Under the pieces are notes generated by a model, which was not told the origin of the DNA, did not search any database, and saw only the letters and a program-made list of their open reading frames with translations. A DNA stretch of 64,000 nt from Kiritimatiellia bacterium (GTDB taxonomy: Bacteria; Verrucomicrobiota; Kiritimatiellia; JAAZAB01), in assembly GCA_028715905.1 (NCBI GenBank), contig JAQUQV010000002.1:15979-79978 (forward strand). Direction: 5' to 3'. This document shows positions 46,052-55,780 of this stretch, one piece after another. A program made the position numbers and the translations under genes. The first letter of the stretch is position 1, and each line of letters begins with the position of its first letter.

Positions 46052-46999
46052 ATGCGCATATTTTTTTCATTAACCTTGAACACGGCCCGCGACATCATGC
46101 GCCAGCCGGTGATTATTATTCTGCTGACGGTCTGTATCGCCACGATCGGCATGCTGCCGGTGATCGCGGTTTTTACGCTCGGCCAGGAAGAACGCATTGT
46201 CCGCGACGGCGCGCTGGCTTCCTGCTTTCTCTATGGTCTTTTCCTGGTGGTTGCCTCATCCATCGCGTCTCTTTCCAGGCAGGTCCGCGACGGGACGGCG
46301 GGGATGGTGCTGGCCAAGCCGGTCAGCCGTGAATTGTTTTTCGCGGCCACATACTGCGGCATTGCGCTTGTTTGCTTTCTGTTCACGGCCGCCGGCGGCA
46401 TGGCGGCTCTGCTTGCCGTGCGCATGGCCCTGGCGGGCATTCATACGGACTGGCTGGTCGGCGGCATGTTGGCCGCGGCATTTTTACTGGCTTTCGCGGC
46501 GGCCGGCGCGGCGAATTACCGCGGGTACAATTTCTGCTCGGCGCTGTTTAAGACGCTTTTGCTTTGTCTGCTGGCGGCATTGATAATTGCCTCGTTTTTC
46601 GGATTGGACGGGCAACTTGTCGCTTTCGGGACGCTCATGCGCTGGCGGCTGGTTCCGTCCGCGTTCCTTGTCTTCGGGGCTCTGGCCGCGCTTTCCGCGA
46701 TTGCGCTGGCATTTTCCGCGCGCCTTGTGCCGGCGGTTGTTTTTTTCTGTTGCTGTCTGGTTTTTATCCTGGGGATGATTTCCGAATACCTGCTGGTCAA
46801 CCTCGCCGGGGGCGGTCCGCTTGCCGGGATTTGCGCGGCGGCGTTGCCGGACTGGCAATGTTTCTGGGTTGATGAAGCGTTTGAGAAGAGCGGCGCGCTG
46901 GGGCCGGGATATTTTCTGAGAGCAGGCGGCTATGCGGTTCTTTATATTTCCGGGGCGCTCACTCTCGGAATGCTGCTGTTTCGCAACGCGGATGCCTGA
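46052..46999 (+). CDS. Hypothetical polytopic membrane protein (ABC-2-like permease topology)
   Basis: A start at MRIFFSL after the upstream stop; multiple TM helices. Confidence 0.5.
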   Translation: MRIFFSLTLNTARDIMRQPVIIILLTVCIATIGMLPVIAVFTLGQEERIVRDGALASCFLYGLFLVVASSIASLSRQVRDGTAGMVLAKPVSRELFFAATYCGIALVCFLFTAAGGMAALLAVRMALAGIHTDWLVGGMLAAAFLLAFAAAGAANYRGYNFCSALFKTLLLCLLAALIIASFFGLDGQLVAFGTLMRWRLVPSAFLVFGALAALSAIALAFSARLVPAVVFFCCCLVFILGMISEYLLVNLAGGGPLAGICAAALPDWQCFWVDEAFEKSGALGPGYFLRAGGYAVLYISGALTLGMLLFRNADA

Positions 47000-47100
47000 A
47001 TCAATTCTGCCGGCCGGCGGGATGGCCGTTCGGATTGGCTTTCTTCATAACTTGAGGCATGGAAATCTCAAACTTGCCGCAAAAGAGCGCAAAATCGTGG

Positions 47101-47170
47101 GTAGGAGCCGAACCCCTGTTCGGCGATGTATCTGGTGTTTGGAATCGCTGCATGGGGATGCGGCTCCTAC
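47101..47170 (+). repeat. REP-like element: GTAGGAGCC...GGCTCCTAC outer stem enclosing a ccgaac/gttcgg hairpin
   Basis: Seen directly in the sequence, in a convergent intergenic region. Confidence 0.4.
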
Positions 47171-47253
47171 ATCTATCAAATACAGTTGCCGCTTTTGGCG
47201 GGCTAATTGAAGGCATAGGAATTTCAAAGACATATGTTTGTCCGAAAATCCCG

Positions 47254-47310
47254 TAGGGGCGTCGCTTGACGACGCCCGCCGGAAGGGCTTCGCAAGCGAA
47301 GCCCCTACGT
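47254..47310 (+). repeat. REP-like element: CGTAGGGG...CCCCTACG outer stem enclosing two GC hairpins (gggcgtcg/cgacgccc and gggcttcg/cgaagccc)
   Basis: Seen directly in the sequence. It may also act as a bidirectional terminator between convergent genes. Confidence 0.4.
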
Positions 47311-47355
47311 CGAACGGGATAATAGTTGCCCCCGATGCGCTTCGCGATCGGGGAC

Positions 47356-48486
47356 CTAATTGATTTGCAGGCTTTTCTCAAATAACTCAAGATAAATCCC
47401 GGCCGTCCTTTCCCAGTCCCATTGCGCGCGGGCGTATTTTGCAAGCCCGAAACGCTGTTCATCCGGCAGGGGCGTTCCGGCGGCGAATTGCAAAACCGCT
47501 TTTTTCAGGGCGGCCGCATCGCGGCGGCAAATTATAAACCGTTCCCGGTCTTTTCCGTAACCCAGAAAAGTCTCCTCTGAAATCAGGCAGGGCAGACCGC
47601 AGGCCATGGCCTGCGGAATCACGGCCGGCCAACCTTCGCCGATGGAAGGCATAATGAAAAGATCATGCGCTCCGTATAATTCCCTTAATTCCGCGCTGGA
47701 AACATAAGCAATTAAACGAAGGTTGGGCAGCCCCCAGGATGCCGGTGAAATCGGCCCCTGTCCGACCAGGGTGAAGCGAATTTCCTGAGATGTTTCCGCC
47801 ATTTGCCGGATCAGCGGCAGTCCTTTTTTTTCGTAAAACCGCCCCACGAACAGCACGTTAAGCGCTTTGTCATCCAGGCGCCATTTGGCGCGGAACCGCC
47901 GCCGTTCCTCGTCGGCCGCGAAGAAAAAGACATTGTGGTCAATGCCGGCCGGGGTCATAACGGTTTGTTCCGGCCTGATCCCGGCGTTATCCAGGAACCA
48001 CTGCCGGACAGCTTCGCCCACAAAAGTCAGCTTCATTCCTTTCCCGGTTCCCCATTTCGCGGTTGCACAGAGAAACGATTTTTGAAAAATATCCAGCATT
48101 TTGTTTGCCAGCGGGATTACGCCGACGTGCTGGGTGGCGACCGCGGGTTTGCGCCGGCGCAGGGCCAGGAACATGACAAAACTTGCCAGGCCGGGGGCGA
48201 GGCTGTGAACATTGACCACGTCGCAGGCGTTAAGCGCGCGGTTGATAAGCGGCAGGCAGAAAGGATTGATGAGGGGCGTATTTATCTGCCACTTGCGTTC
48301 CGGGAAATTGGCGGCCGGCACGCGAACGTTGTTCTTTGAGCGGGGGAAAGCGCCGGGCGGGATATCGGTTGTCAGCCAGACGACCTCATGGCCGAGTTTC
48401 AGCCAGCATTCCTTGAGGGCGGCGGCGGCGTATTCAATCCCGCCCATGTGCGGCGGTTGGTAATTGGTGACAAGCAGGATGCGCAC
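47356..48486 (-). CDS. Family 4 (GT-B) glycosyltransferase
   Basis: N-terminal MRILLVTNY; a C-terminal EGWPAV...GLPCL motif typical of the GT4 E-x7-E region. Confidence 0.8.
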   Translation of the reverse strand: MRILLVTNYQPPHMGGIEYAAAALKECWLKLGHEVVWLTTDIPPGAFPRSKNNVRVPAANFPERKWQINTPLINPFCLPLINRALNACDVVNVHSLAPGLASFVMFLALRRRKPAVATQHVGVIPLANKMLDIFQKSFLCATAKWGTGKGMKLTFVGEAVRQWFLDNAGIRPEQTVMTPAGIDHNVFFFAADEERRRFRAKWRLDDKALNVLFVGRFYEKKGLPLIRQMAETSQEIRFTLVGQGPISPASWGLPNLRLIAYVSSAELRELYGAHDLFIMPSIGEGWPAVIPQAMACGLPCLISEETFLGYGKDRERFIICRRDAAALKKAVLQFAAGTPLPDEQRFGLAKYARAQWDWERTAGIYLELFEKSLQIN

Positions 48487-48524
48487 GGAAAGTTTGAATT
48501 CTTAAAATATGGGAAACACTTTGA

Positions 48525-49589
48525 TCAGTCGTAATAAACCGCGCGATTAACAAGCTCGTGCTGCATGGCAACGACCTGAATGCCTTCTTCGGCGCTCATG
48601 CCCTGAAGTGAATCATTTCCCCGGATGGCTTGCAGAAAGCGGTTTTGGACTTCCAGATTGCCGTAGAGATGCCGGCCGCGGAAATACTGGATGCCGCCGG
48701 TTAAAACTCCCTGCCAGTGCCGGACGGTTGCCAGCAGGCTTGTGCGCACAATGTCCCTGGCCGCGTGAACGCCGTCATTGGGCAGATAGACGTAAATATC
48801 CCGCCAGACGTCAATATCCGCCGTGCCGTTTTCACCTACCACGGTTACGTGCCATTCCGTCAAGCTGGACTCAAAGTTGATATGGAGATAAACGGGGAAA
48901 TCATCCCCGGCTTGTTCTGAAGCATTGGAACAAGCCCGGTATTCGGCGGTTACCAGGCGGGGTGTGTTGCGATGCTCCCGGCTCTTCCATACTGTCGCGT
49001 TTAAAAACGAGCATTGCCCGCCGCTCAACCACCGGAACAGGTAATAAAAATGGGGCGATTCGTCAAAAAACAATCCCAAGGGAAGTTTGTCGCACCAGGC
49101 AGGAATATTTCTGCGGTGGTTGCACAATTGTACGCCATAGGCGGCCTGGATTTTGCCGATGCGTCCTCGGGCGAGGTCATGCTGATATTTTTTTGCCGCC
49201 CCACTGAACTGAAAATTGTGGACGACAGCCATGACAAGTTTTTTTTCTTTGGCGAGGGCTGCCAGTTCCTGCCCCTGTTCCACGGTCAGGGTCATTGGCT
49301 TTTCGGTCAGAACATGCTTGCCCGCCAGGAGCGACTGCTTCGCGATTTCATAATGCGCGTGCGGAATGGTCCCGATGATGACCGCGTCGGCCGAGGCCTG
49401 CCAGTCAGCCGAAAAATCAATATTGGCCGCAAAATGCGGAACGCCAAAACGCCGGGCGGTTTCCCGGGTGCGTTGCTCATTGTCGGAAACAATCCCGGCC
49501 AGCTCAAACCCGGGATTCAATTTCAACGCCGGCAAATGCCGGTGGTTCACGACCCAGCCCCCGCCGATGCTTAATATTTTTACGGCCAT
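48525..49589 (-). CDS. Gfo/Idh/MocA-family NAD(P)-dependent oxidoreductase
   Basis: N-terminal Rossmann region and the EKP motif (VLTEKPM). Confidence 0.8.
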   Translation of the reverse strand: MAVKILSIGGGWVVNHRHLPALKLNPGFELAGIVSDNEQRTRETARRFGVPHFAANIDFSADWQASADAVIIGTIPHAHYEIAKQSLLAGKHVLTEKPMTLTVEQGQELAALAKEKKLVMAVVHNFQFSGAAKKYQHDLARGRIGKIQAAYGVQLCNHRRNIPAWCDKLPLGLFFDESPHFYYLFRWLSGGQCSFLNATVWKSREHRNTPRLVTAEYRACSNASEQAGDDFPVYLHINFESSLTEWHVTVVGENGTADIDVWRDIYVYLPNDGVHAARDIVRTSLLATVRHWQGVLTGGIQYFRGRHLYGNLEVQNRFLQAIRGNDSLQGMSAEEGIQVVAMQHELVNRAVYYD

Positions 49590-49731
49590 CCGTATTTACC
49601 TGTTTTTTAAACGCATTGCCATTTATGCAAAGATATATTATAAAAGATTACGATACAACATTATTGTGCGCAACATCCCTGCAAGATGCCCCGGAATGAG
49701 GTATGTTGTGCATTCGTGCCTTGGGGTGGCA

Positions 49732-51129
49732 ATGAAATTATTATTCATTGATTTATTGAAATATATCTCCGACCAGCAAGGTGTTTATTCGCTTATTTCA
49801 TGTTTAAAACATGGCGGCATGGATGTGAATTTTTTTGCCGGCACCAATGTTGAAAAATTAATTGCAAGGGTTGTCAAATACCAGCCGGATGTCTTGTTGT
49901 ATTCCTCTTTCACCAGCTCGTTGCCGCGTTATATTGAATTTGACAGACAGGTGAAACGGCGCTGGCGCGGTTTTTCAATCATTGGAGGTCCCGGGCCGAC
50001 TTTTGACTGGCAGTGCATTCAAAATTCAACCATTGATGCGGCCTGTGTTGGCGAAGGCGAGTATGCTTTGCTGGCGTTTCTGCGTAACAATTTTCAGCCG
50101 TCTGGCAATATCTTTCTGTGTGGAGAATCCGGCCCGCGGTCTTTCGCGGAATTTGCGGATTTGGATGCTCTGCCTTTGCCGGATCGGACACAGGTTTATG
50201 CCGAGAATGGACTCTTGAAGGAGATGCCCTCCAAGCAGTTTATTTCCGGGCGCGGTTGTCCTTTTAACTGCACCTATTGTTTCAACCACCAGTACAGAGC
50301 CATGTTCAAGGGGTGCGGTCAATATGTCCGAAAAAAAAGCGTGGACTATCTGTTTGCAGAGCTTGCTCAGGTGAAGCAACGTTACGGATTGCAAAATGTG
50401 GCTTTCAGCGACGACACTTTCATTATTGACAAAAAATGGTTTGCCGAGTTCTGCGCGCGATTTCCAAAAGAGGTCGGATTGACTTATAACTGTTCGGTGC
50501 GCGCCAATTTAGTGGATGAAGATGTTGCCCGGATGCTCTCCGAGAGCGGTTGTGCCGGCGTAATGTGGAGTATAGAAACTGCCGATATAAAATTACGCAA
50601 TGAAGTTCTGCGGCGTGCCATCAGCGACGAGCAGATTGAGCTGACCGCTTATTGGTTGAGCCGGTACAAAGTCCCTTTCCGCATAGGCAATATGATTGGT
50701 TTGCCGGGGGAGTCTATTGATCAGATGCTGCAAACAATCCGCGCCAATATTAACGCCAGGCCGGCCTTGGCGTATGCTACGGTTTTTGTGCCGTTCCCGG
50801 GATTGAGCCTCTCGCAATATGCGGTTGAACACGGGTACTATAACCCTGACACTCCATTGCCGAAAAATTGTTTCACGGAAAGTCCATTAAATTACGATCC
50901 AGCAGAAAAAGACATGATTCGGCGCTTAATGTGCTGTTTCCCGTTTTTTGTGCGTTTTCCGGTGCTCTTCAATTGCAAATATCTGCGCCGGGTCTGCCTG
51001 GGAATTCCTTATTGGCTGATAAAAATTATTTTTGGTGTTTATTTTCCTTATGCCCTTTCGCGTGCTTACATGCTTAAAGTCGGCCTGTGGTTCAAAATGC
51101 GAATGGCTGTTCGTTTTTTGCGCGGTTGA
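49732..51129 (+). CDS. B12-binding-domain radical SAM protein
   Basis: An N-terminal cobalamin-binding-like domain followed by the CPFNCTYC radical SAM cluster motif. Confidence 0.75.
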   Translation: MKLLFIDLLKYISDQQGVYSLISCLKHGGMDVNFFAGTNVEKLIARVVKYQPDVLLYSSFTSSLPRYIEFDRQVKRRWRGFSIIGGPGPTFDWQCIQNSTIDAACVGEGEYALLAFLRNNFQPSGNIFLCGESGPRSFAEFADLDALPLPDRTQVYAENGLLKEMPSKQFISGRGCPFNCTYCFNHQYRAMFKGCGQYVRKKSVDYLFAELAQVKQRYGLQNVAFSDDTFIIDKKWFAEFCARFPKEVGLTYNCSVRANLVDEDVARMLSESGCAGVMWSIETADIKLRNEVLRRAISDEQIELTAYWLSRYKVPFRIGNMIGLPGESIDQMLQTIRANINARPALAYATVFVPFPGLSLSQYAVEHGYYNPDTPLPKNCFTESPLNYDPAEKDMIRRLMCCFPFFVRFPVLFNCKYLRRVCLGIPYWLIKIIFGVYFPYALSRAYMLKVGLWFKMRMAVRFLRG

Positions 51130-53281
51130 AGTTGCCCGGCCGCTGGTCAGAGATCTGCGGATAAACGGCGCCAGAGCTTTTTCTTAAGGTGTCTGTCTTC
51201 TCCTTTGGCAAGTTTTGGCGGGCGGGGGTGATTTGAGCGTCGCTTGTCAATAGTGGGATTTTGGAGATTGACCAGAGTGGATCGGAAAAAACTATTTGAT
51301 TCAACCCCGGACGCAGGGCAATGTCTTTTAACTCCCATTCCTCCATTTGCAAGTGGCGGAAATCATGATATTGACTATCGCTCGCGACCCGTTTGGACCC
51401 GTTGAGCGCCATGCCGCGCAGCTTGAGCGTTACCCTGTTGGTTGAAGAAGTCAGGTTGTAGATTTCCAGGGACGCCCGGTTTTCAAGAACGCGCCAGTCG
51501 CGGAAATCACGCAGTTGTTGCCAGAGTTTCACGTAACCCCATTCCGGGCCGTATAAAACAAGATATTGTTTTCCGGCGTTCCGGGCATTTGCAAGAACAT
51601 CTTCCCGGGTATTATAAAAAATGGTGTTAATCAACCGGTTATTATCGGGAGTAAAAAATTCCTCGCGGTGCGCCAGGCCCAGCCGCGCCAGGCGGATGGC
51701 CGCCTCATTTGTGAAAGAAACGCTTCTGGCAAAAGGCCAGTTAGTTGCAATGGCCTTGACCGGCCGTTCCAGGCGGGAAAACTCCAGGTAGGCCGCATCC
51801 GGATATTTTTCCATGAATTGGCGGGCGGCGGCGGGCCAGTTCATCCGCTCAAACACGTCCTGCGGTTCGGAAGGAACCGGGAAAGTAAAATAAACGTTGG
51901 TGGAATTATGAACCCTCAGTTCGTTCCAGGGGTCCAGCCAGCGCTCAACGAGCACAAGCGTATGCGGCGGCAGATTCTTGTCGCACCAACGCGCAATGTC
52001 CCAGTAGGGGATCGGTTTACCGGTGAGTCGGGTGGCGAGATAGGCGGGCCAGAGGTTCAAGCCGAGTGCCACCGCCATGAGTCCGCAGAGAACCGCAATG
52101 TAAACTTTTTTGCCGATTTTTCCGGATGCGCGTAATATGCCGGGAACAAGCCACAATCCGAGCGCGAGCCATATCAGATGCAGGGGCAGGAAAGCCAGCA
52201 AATATCTAGAGCTGACTTCAGCCGCCAGAAAAAAACGGGTGATGACAAACAAAACAATGCCGCCGGCTGTCAATATAACAAAAATCTTGATAATAAACGC
52301 ATGCTGCCATAAATAAATCATTGTTGCCAGGGCAGATAGCAATACCGCAACCGTGAACATCGCTCGCGGCCATGTGGTGCCCCAGCTAAAGGCAAGCGCT
52401 GTTTTTTGCAGCAACGACCAAATTGATTCGCGGTGGGAACCGATTACGCGGTTGACATATTCCTTGTGGGCTGGCGATGATATACTGAACATTTCTGAAA
52501 GCGACCAGTCGGCAAACAACAATGGCGTTCCGATGATGGTCAGAATAACGAAAATCCAGAACAAACCTTTCAGCATTGCCCGGTTCCGGAAACCGCCTTT
52601 AACCTGTAACGCAACGATGGCCAAGGCGGCGATAAGGGCGAAACTCCAGGATGAAGGCTGGGCATAGGTTGTCAGGAAAAAACCCGAGGCGAGCAGAACA
52701 TAAAACGAAACAGGCAGCGCCGTTTTATCCCGGCCAGACCGAATCTGCAGGAAAATCGCCCAAAGCATCAGGGCGCTGCCGCAAACCAGCGGCGGATAAA
52801 AGTAAGCCTCGCGGCTGATCCCGATATGAAAGGGGTTCAGCGCAAACAGCGCCGCCAGAAACAAGGCAAAAGCATTCTCGGCCAGGACACGGCCGCATCC
52901 ATATATGGCCAGCACGGACAAAATGCCCCAGACGGCCGAAGGCAGCCGTACCATGAAAGCGGTTGGTTGAGCGCCCGTGATGTTCAAGACCAGCTTCATC
53001 AATGCCATAGGAAAGGGAAATTGTCCCGATTTATGCATCCCAAGGTCGGTTGTCCATTTTGTAAACATCTCCACAGGCCCTGCCGGCTGGCTTGCAAAAT
53101 CCATGAAAATCATCGTGTCCGCCCGGAAGGCGGATTCGCCCAGGTGATACAATCTGAAAAAGGCGGCGATGCAAATCACAAGCGCCAGAAGAACCATCTC
53201 AAATCGCAACGGAATGATCAGGGATGGAAACAACGCGCGGGATGAATTCTGATGGGATGGAAAGTCAAAAAATTTAATCAC
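51092..53281 (-). CDS. Large polytopic membrane protein, GT-C-fold glycosyltransferase-like (ArnT/PMT-like)
   Basis: Ten or more TM helices in the N-terminal half and a soluble C-terminal domain. It sits in a glycan-biosynthesis cluster. Confidence 0.5.
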   Translation of the reverse strand: MIKFFDFPSHQNSSRALFPSLIIPLRFEMVLLALVICIAAFFRLYHLGESAFRADTMIFMDFASQPAGPVEMFTKWTTDLGMHKSGQFPFPMALMKLVLNITGAQPTAFMVRLPSAVWGILSVLAIYGCGRVLAENAFALFLAALFALNPFHIGISREAYFYPPLVCGSALMLWAIFLQIRSGRDKTALPVSFYVLLASGFFLTTYAQPSSWSFALIAALAIVALQVKGGFRNRAMLKGLFWIFVILTIIGTPLLFADWSLSEMFSISSPAHKEYVNRVIGSHRESIWSLLQKTALAFSWGTTWPRAMFTVAVLLSALATMIYLWQHAFIIKIFVILTAGGIVLFVITRFFLAAEVSSRYLLAFLPLHLIWLALGLWLVPGILRASGKIGKKVYIAVLCGLMAVALGLNLWPAYLATRLTGKPIPYWDIARWCDKNLPPHTLVLVERWLDPWNELRVHNSTNVYFTFPVPSEPQDVFERMNWPAAARQFMEKYPDAAYLEFSRLERPVKAIATNWPFARSVSFTNEAAIRLARLGLAHREEFFTPDNNRLINTIFYNTREDVLANARNAGKQYLVLYGPEWGYVKLWQQLRDFRDWRVLENRASLEIYNLTSSTNRVTLKLRGMALNGSKRVASDSQYHDFRHLQMEEWELKDIALRPGLNQIVFSDPLWSISKIPLLTSDAQITPARQNLPKEKTDTLRKSSGAVYPQISDQRPGNFNRAKNEQPFAF

Positions 53282-53438
53282 GCAATTTTGGTTTTTACGG
53301 TTTTAGCGTTCAATGCGTTCGACAATTATTTTTACACATTCATTCTGCTTGTTACAAGCGGATTTATAATGTAATAATGAATTCAGTTTTAAACAGAGAT
53401 GCCGCGTGCATTCAGCGCGGACAAGGAAGGCGAAAAAC

Positions 53439-54653
53439 ATGCGCATCAATCCGTTCCGCGCTTTGCGTCCGTGCCAGGACCTGGTTGACCGGGTGGCCAG
53501 CGTGCCGTACGACGTTGTCAGCCGCACTGAGGCCTGTGCCCTGGCGCGCGATAATCCCATGAGCTTTCTGCATGTTTCCCGCGCCGAAATTGATCTGCCC
53601 GAAAACATTGCTCCCTATGCCCCGGAAGTTTATGCAAAAGCCGCGGCCAATTTCGCCGCCCTTCAGGAGCGCGGGGTTTTAATCCGCGCGTCCCGGCCGT
53701 GCGTTTATGTTTACCGTCTCAGGCGGAACGGTCGTTACCAGCACGGCATCGCGGCCTGCTGTCATGTCGGCGATTACGCAAACAGCGTCATCAAAAAACA
53801 CGAGAGGACGCGGATTGAAAAGGAAGAAGACCGTAAAAAGCATACCATTGCCTTGCGCGCCCACAGCGGACCGGTATTTTTGACTTACCGCGATAGGCCG
53901 GAAATTGACAGCCTGATCCGCGCAACGGAAGAACAGCCGCCGCTCTATGATTTCACCGCGCCGGACGGGGTGGAACATGCCGTCTGGCCGGCAAAAGAAA
54001 CCGCTGCTTTTATTGAGGCTTTTAAGCAGGTGCCGGCGGCCTATATTGCCGACGGCCATCACCGCGCCGCGGCCGCCGCGGCCGTCGCCCGCGAGCTTGG
54101 GCAAGCCAATGCTGATGAAAACGCCGAGTTTAACTGGTTCCTGGCGGTGCTGTTCCCGGCCGGACAGCTTGAAATTCTTGCTTATAACCGCTGTGTGCGC
54201 GATCTGGCCGGCATGGACAGCGGCCGTTTTCTTGAGGAAGTCCGAAAATATTTCATTATTGAACAAAACGTCCCGCGGGCCCCGGCCGAAGCCGGCCGGA
54301 TAAACATGTATCTGGACAAAAGCTGGTTCGGCCTGCATTTGAAAAAAATGCCGCCGTCTGATGATCCCGCGGCGGCGCTTGACGTCAGTCTTCTGCAAAA
54401 CCAGCTTTTTGATAAAATCCTGGGGATTAAAGACCCGCGGACGGACAGCCGGCTGGAATTCATCGGCGGCATTCACGGGCCGCAGGAGCTTGAGAACAGG
54501 GTGAATTCCGGCAACGCGGCGGCGGCTTTTTCAATGTATCCGACCGGCATCAATCAACTGCTGGCGATTTCCGACGCGGGCCGGACCATGCCGCCTAAAA
54601 GCACCTGGTTTGAGCCCAAACTGCGCGACGCCCTTCTCATTCACACATTTTAG
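53439..54653 (+). CDS. DUF1015 family protein
   Basis: The N-terminal MRINPFRALRP...VPYDVVS pattern is characteristic of DUF1015. Confidence 0.55.
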   Translation: MRINPFRALRPCQDLVDRVASVPYDVVSRTEACALARDNPMSFLHVSRAEIDLPENIAPYAPEVYAKAAANFAALQERGVLIRASRPCVYVYRLRRNGRYQHGIAACCHVGDYANSVIKKHERTRIEKEEDRKKHTIALRAHSGPVFLTYRDRPEIDSLIRATEEQPPLYDFTAPDGVEHAVWPAKETAAFIEAFKQVPAAYIADGHHRAAAAAAVARELGQANADENAEFNWFLAVLFPAGQLEILAYNRCVRDLAGMDSGRFLEEVRKYFIIEQNVPRAPAEAGRINMYLDKSWFGLHLKKMPPSDDPAAALDVSLLQNQLFDKILGIKDPRTDSRLEFIGGIHGPQELENRVNSGNAAAAFSMYPTGINQLLAISDAGRTMPPKSTWFEPKLRDALLIHTF

Positions 54654-55228
54654 ACGGAAGTATCCTGCCAGTCGGCGCGGTTGTCGGTTTCGGGCAGGGG
54701 CTTTTCGCCCGGGATGATTTCGTTCACATTGACCTTGATGGAAGTAATTTCGGCGATGCCGAGCCCGTCGCGCATGCTTTCGCGCACGCGCTGCTGCAGA
54801 ACCTGGGAAAGCTGTTGGATTTTCGTCCCGCTCTTGACGTCGATATCCAGTTGCACTTCTATGCGGCCGTCGCGCGAGGCGGCGATGTCCGCCCGCAGAT
54901 TGAGGATGTCGGCGAATTCGTCGGCAAGGCGCTTCAGGAATTCATTGACCGCCTTGACGCGGATATTCACGCTGCCGCCTTCGGTTGTAAAAGACAGAAA
55001 CTGCTCCTTTGCATCGCCGCCCATGGCGGTCAGCCAGTAGAGAATGACGATCAGGATCAGGACGGTGCCAGCGACAAATTTGCCGATGGCGTCACTGAAC
55101 AGAAAGTAACCGATGCCGCTCGGCACCCCGAAAACTTCGGCTAAAAAGAGAAGCCCCAGTCCGAGGAGCGAAATTGAGATTATAAATTTCATCAGGCCGT
55201 GCAGGAATTTCACTTTTTTTACCTCCAT
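54650..55228 (-). CDS. Asp23-associated membrane anchor (AmaP-like)
   Basis: An N-terminal TM region and a C-terminal Asp23-like domain, adjacent to an Asp23 gene. Confidence 0.55.
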   Translation of the reverse strand: MEVKKVKFLHGLMKFIISISLLGLGLLFLAEVFGVPSGIGYFLFSDAIGKFVAGTVLILIVILYWLTAMGGDAKEQFLSFTTEGGSVNIRVKAVNEFLKRLADEFADILNLRADIAASRDGRIEVQLDIDVKSGTKIQQLSQVLQQRVRESMRDGLGIAEITSIKVNVNEIIPGEKPLPETDNRADWQDTSV

Positions 55229-55232
55229 GTTT

Positions 55233-55760
55233 TTAGCCGCCGCCGGCCAGGCCGGTTCCAGCCGGTCTGGCCGCGCTTTCCAGCTCTGGGCGGCGGGCCG
55301 GCGATTCGCCGGCGGCGGATTTGGTTTCTAACGGCAGCCTGACGCCCTGAACCACTACGTCAATGGCGCCGACTTGTTTGCCGGTCATCTCTTCAACGGC
55401 CTGGCGGACCTCGTTCTGGACGGCCCAGGCCACGGCGGGGATTTTAGCCCCGTATTCAATGATCAGATTGATTTCAACGTTTACTTTCTGTCCCTGCATT
55501 TTGACGCTCACGCCGCGCTCGCCGGTGTTTCGGCCGATCATGCTGGCGATATTGGCGATGCCGTCCGCAAACGAACTGCTCGTTTCAACCACGCCCGGCA
55601 CTTTTAACGCGGCCGTTCTGGCGATGACCGCGATCACGCCGTGGTGCACCATGATGGCGCCCAGATCGCTGCCTTCGTCTGTCCGGTTTTCAGTGTAATA
55701 AGGGTCGGCGAAATTTTTCTTTTCCGGATGCTCCATGCGGGCGCTGTTTTTTGTCTGCAT
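55233..55760 (-). CDS. Asp23/Gls24-family envelope stress protein
   Basis: The IAVIARTAALKVPGVVE and VNVEINLIIEYGAKIP signature. Confidence 0.75.
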   Translation of the reverse strand: MQTKNSARMEHPEKKNFADPYYTENRTDEGSDLGAIMVHHGVIAVIARTAALKVPGVVETSSSFADGIANIASMIGRNTGERGVSVKMQGQKVNVEINLIIEYGAKIPAVAWAVQNEVRQAVEEMTGKQVGAIDVVVQGVRLPLETKSAAGESPARRPELESAARPAGTGLAGGG

Positions 55761-55780
55761 TTTCTGTCTCCTATGGCGGA

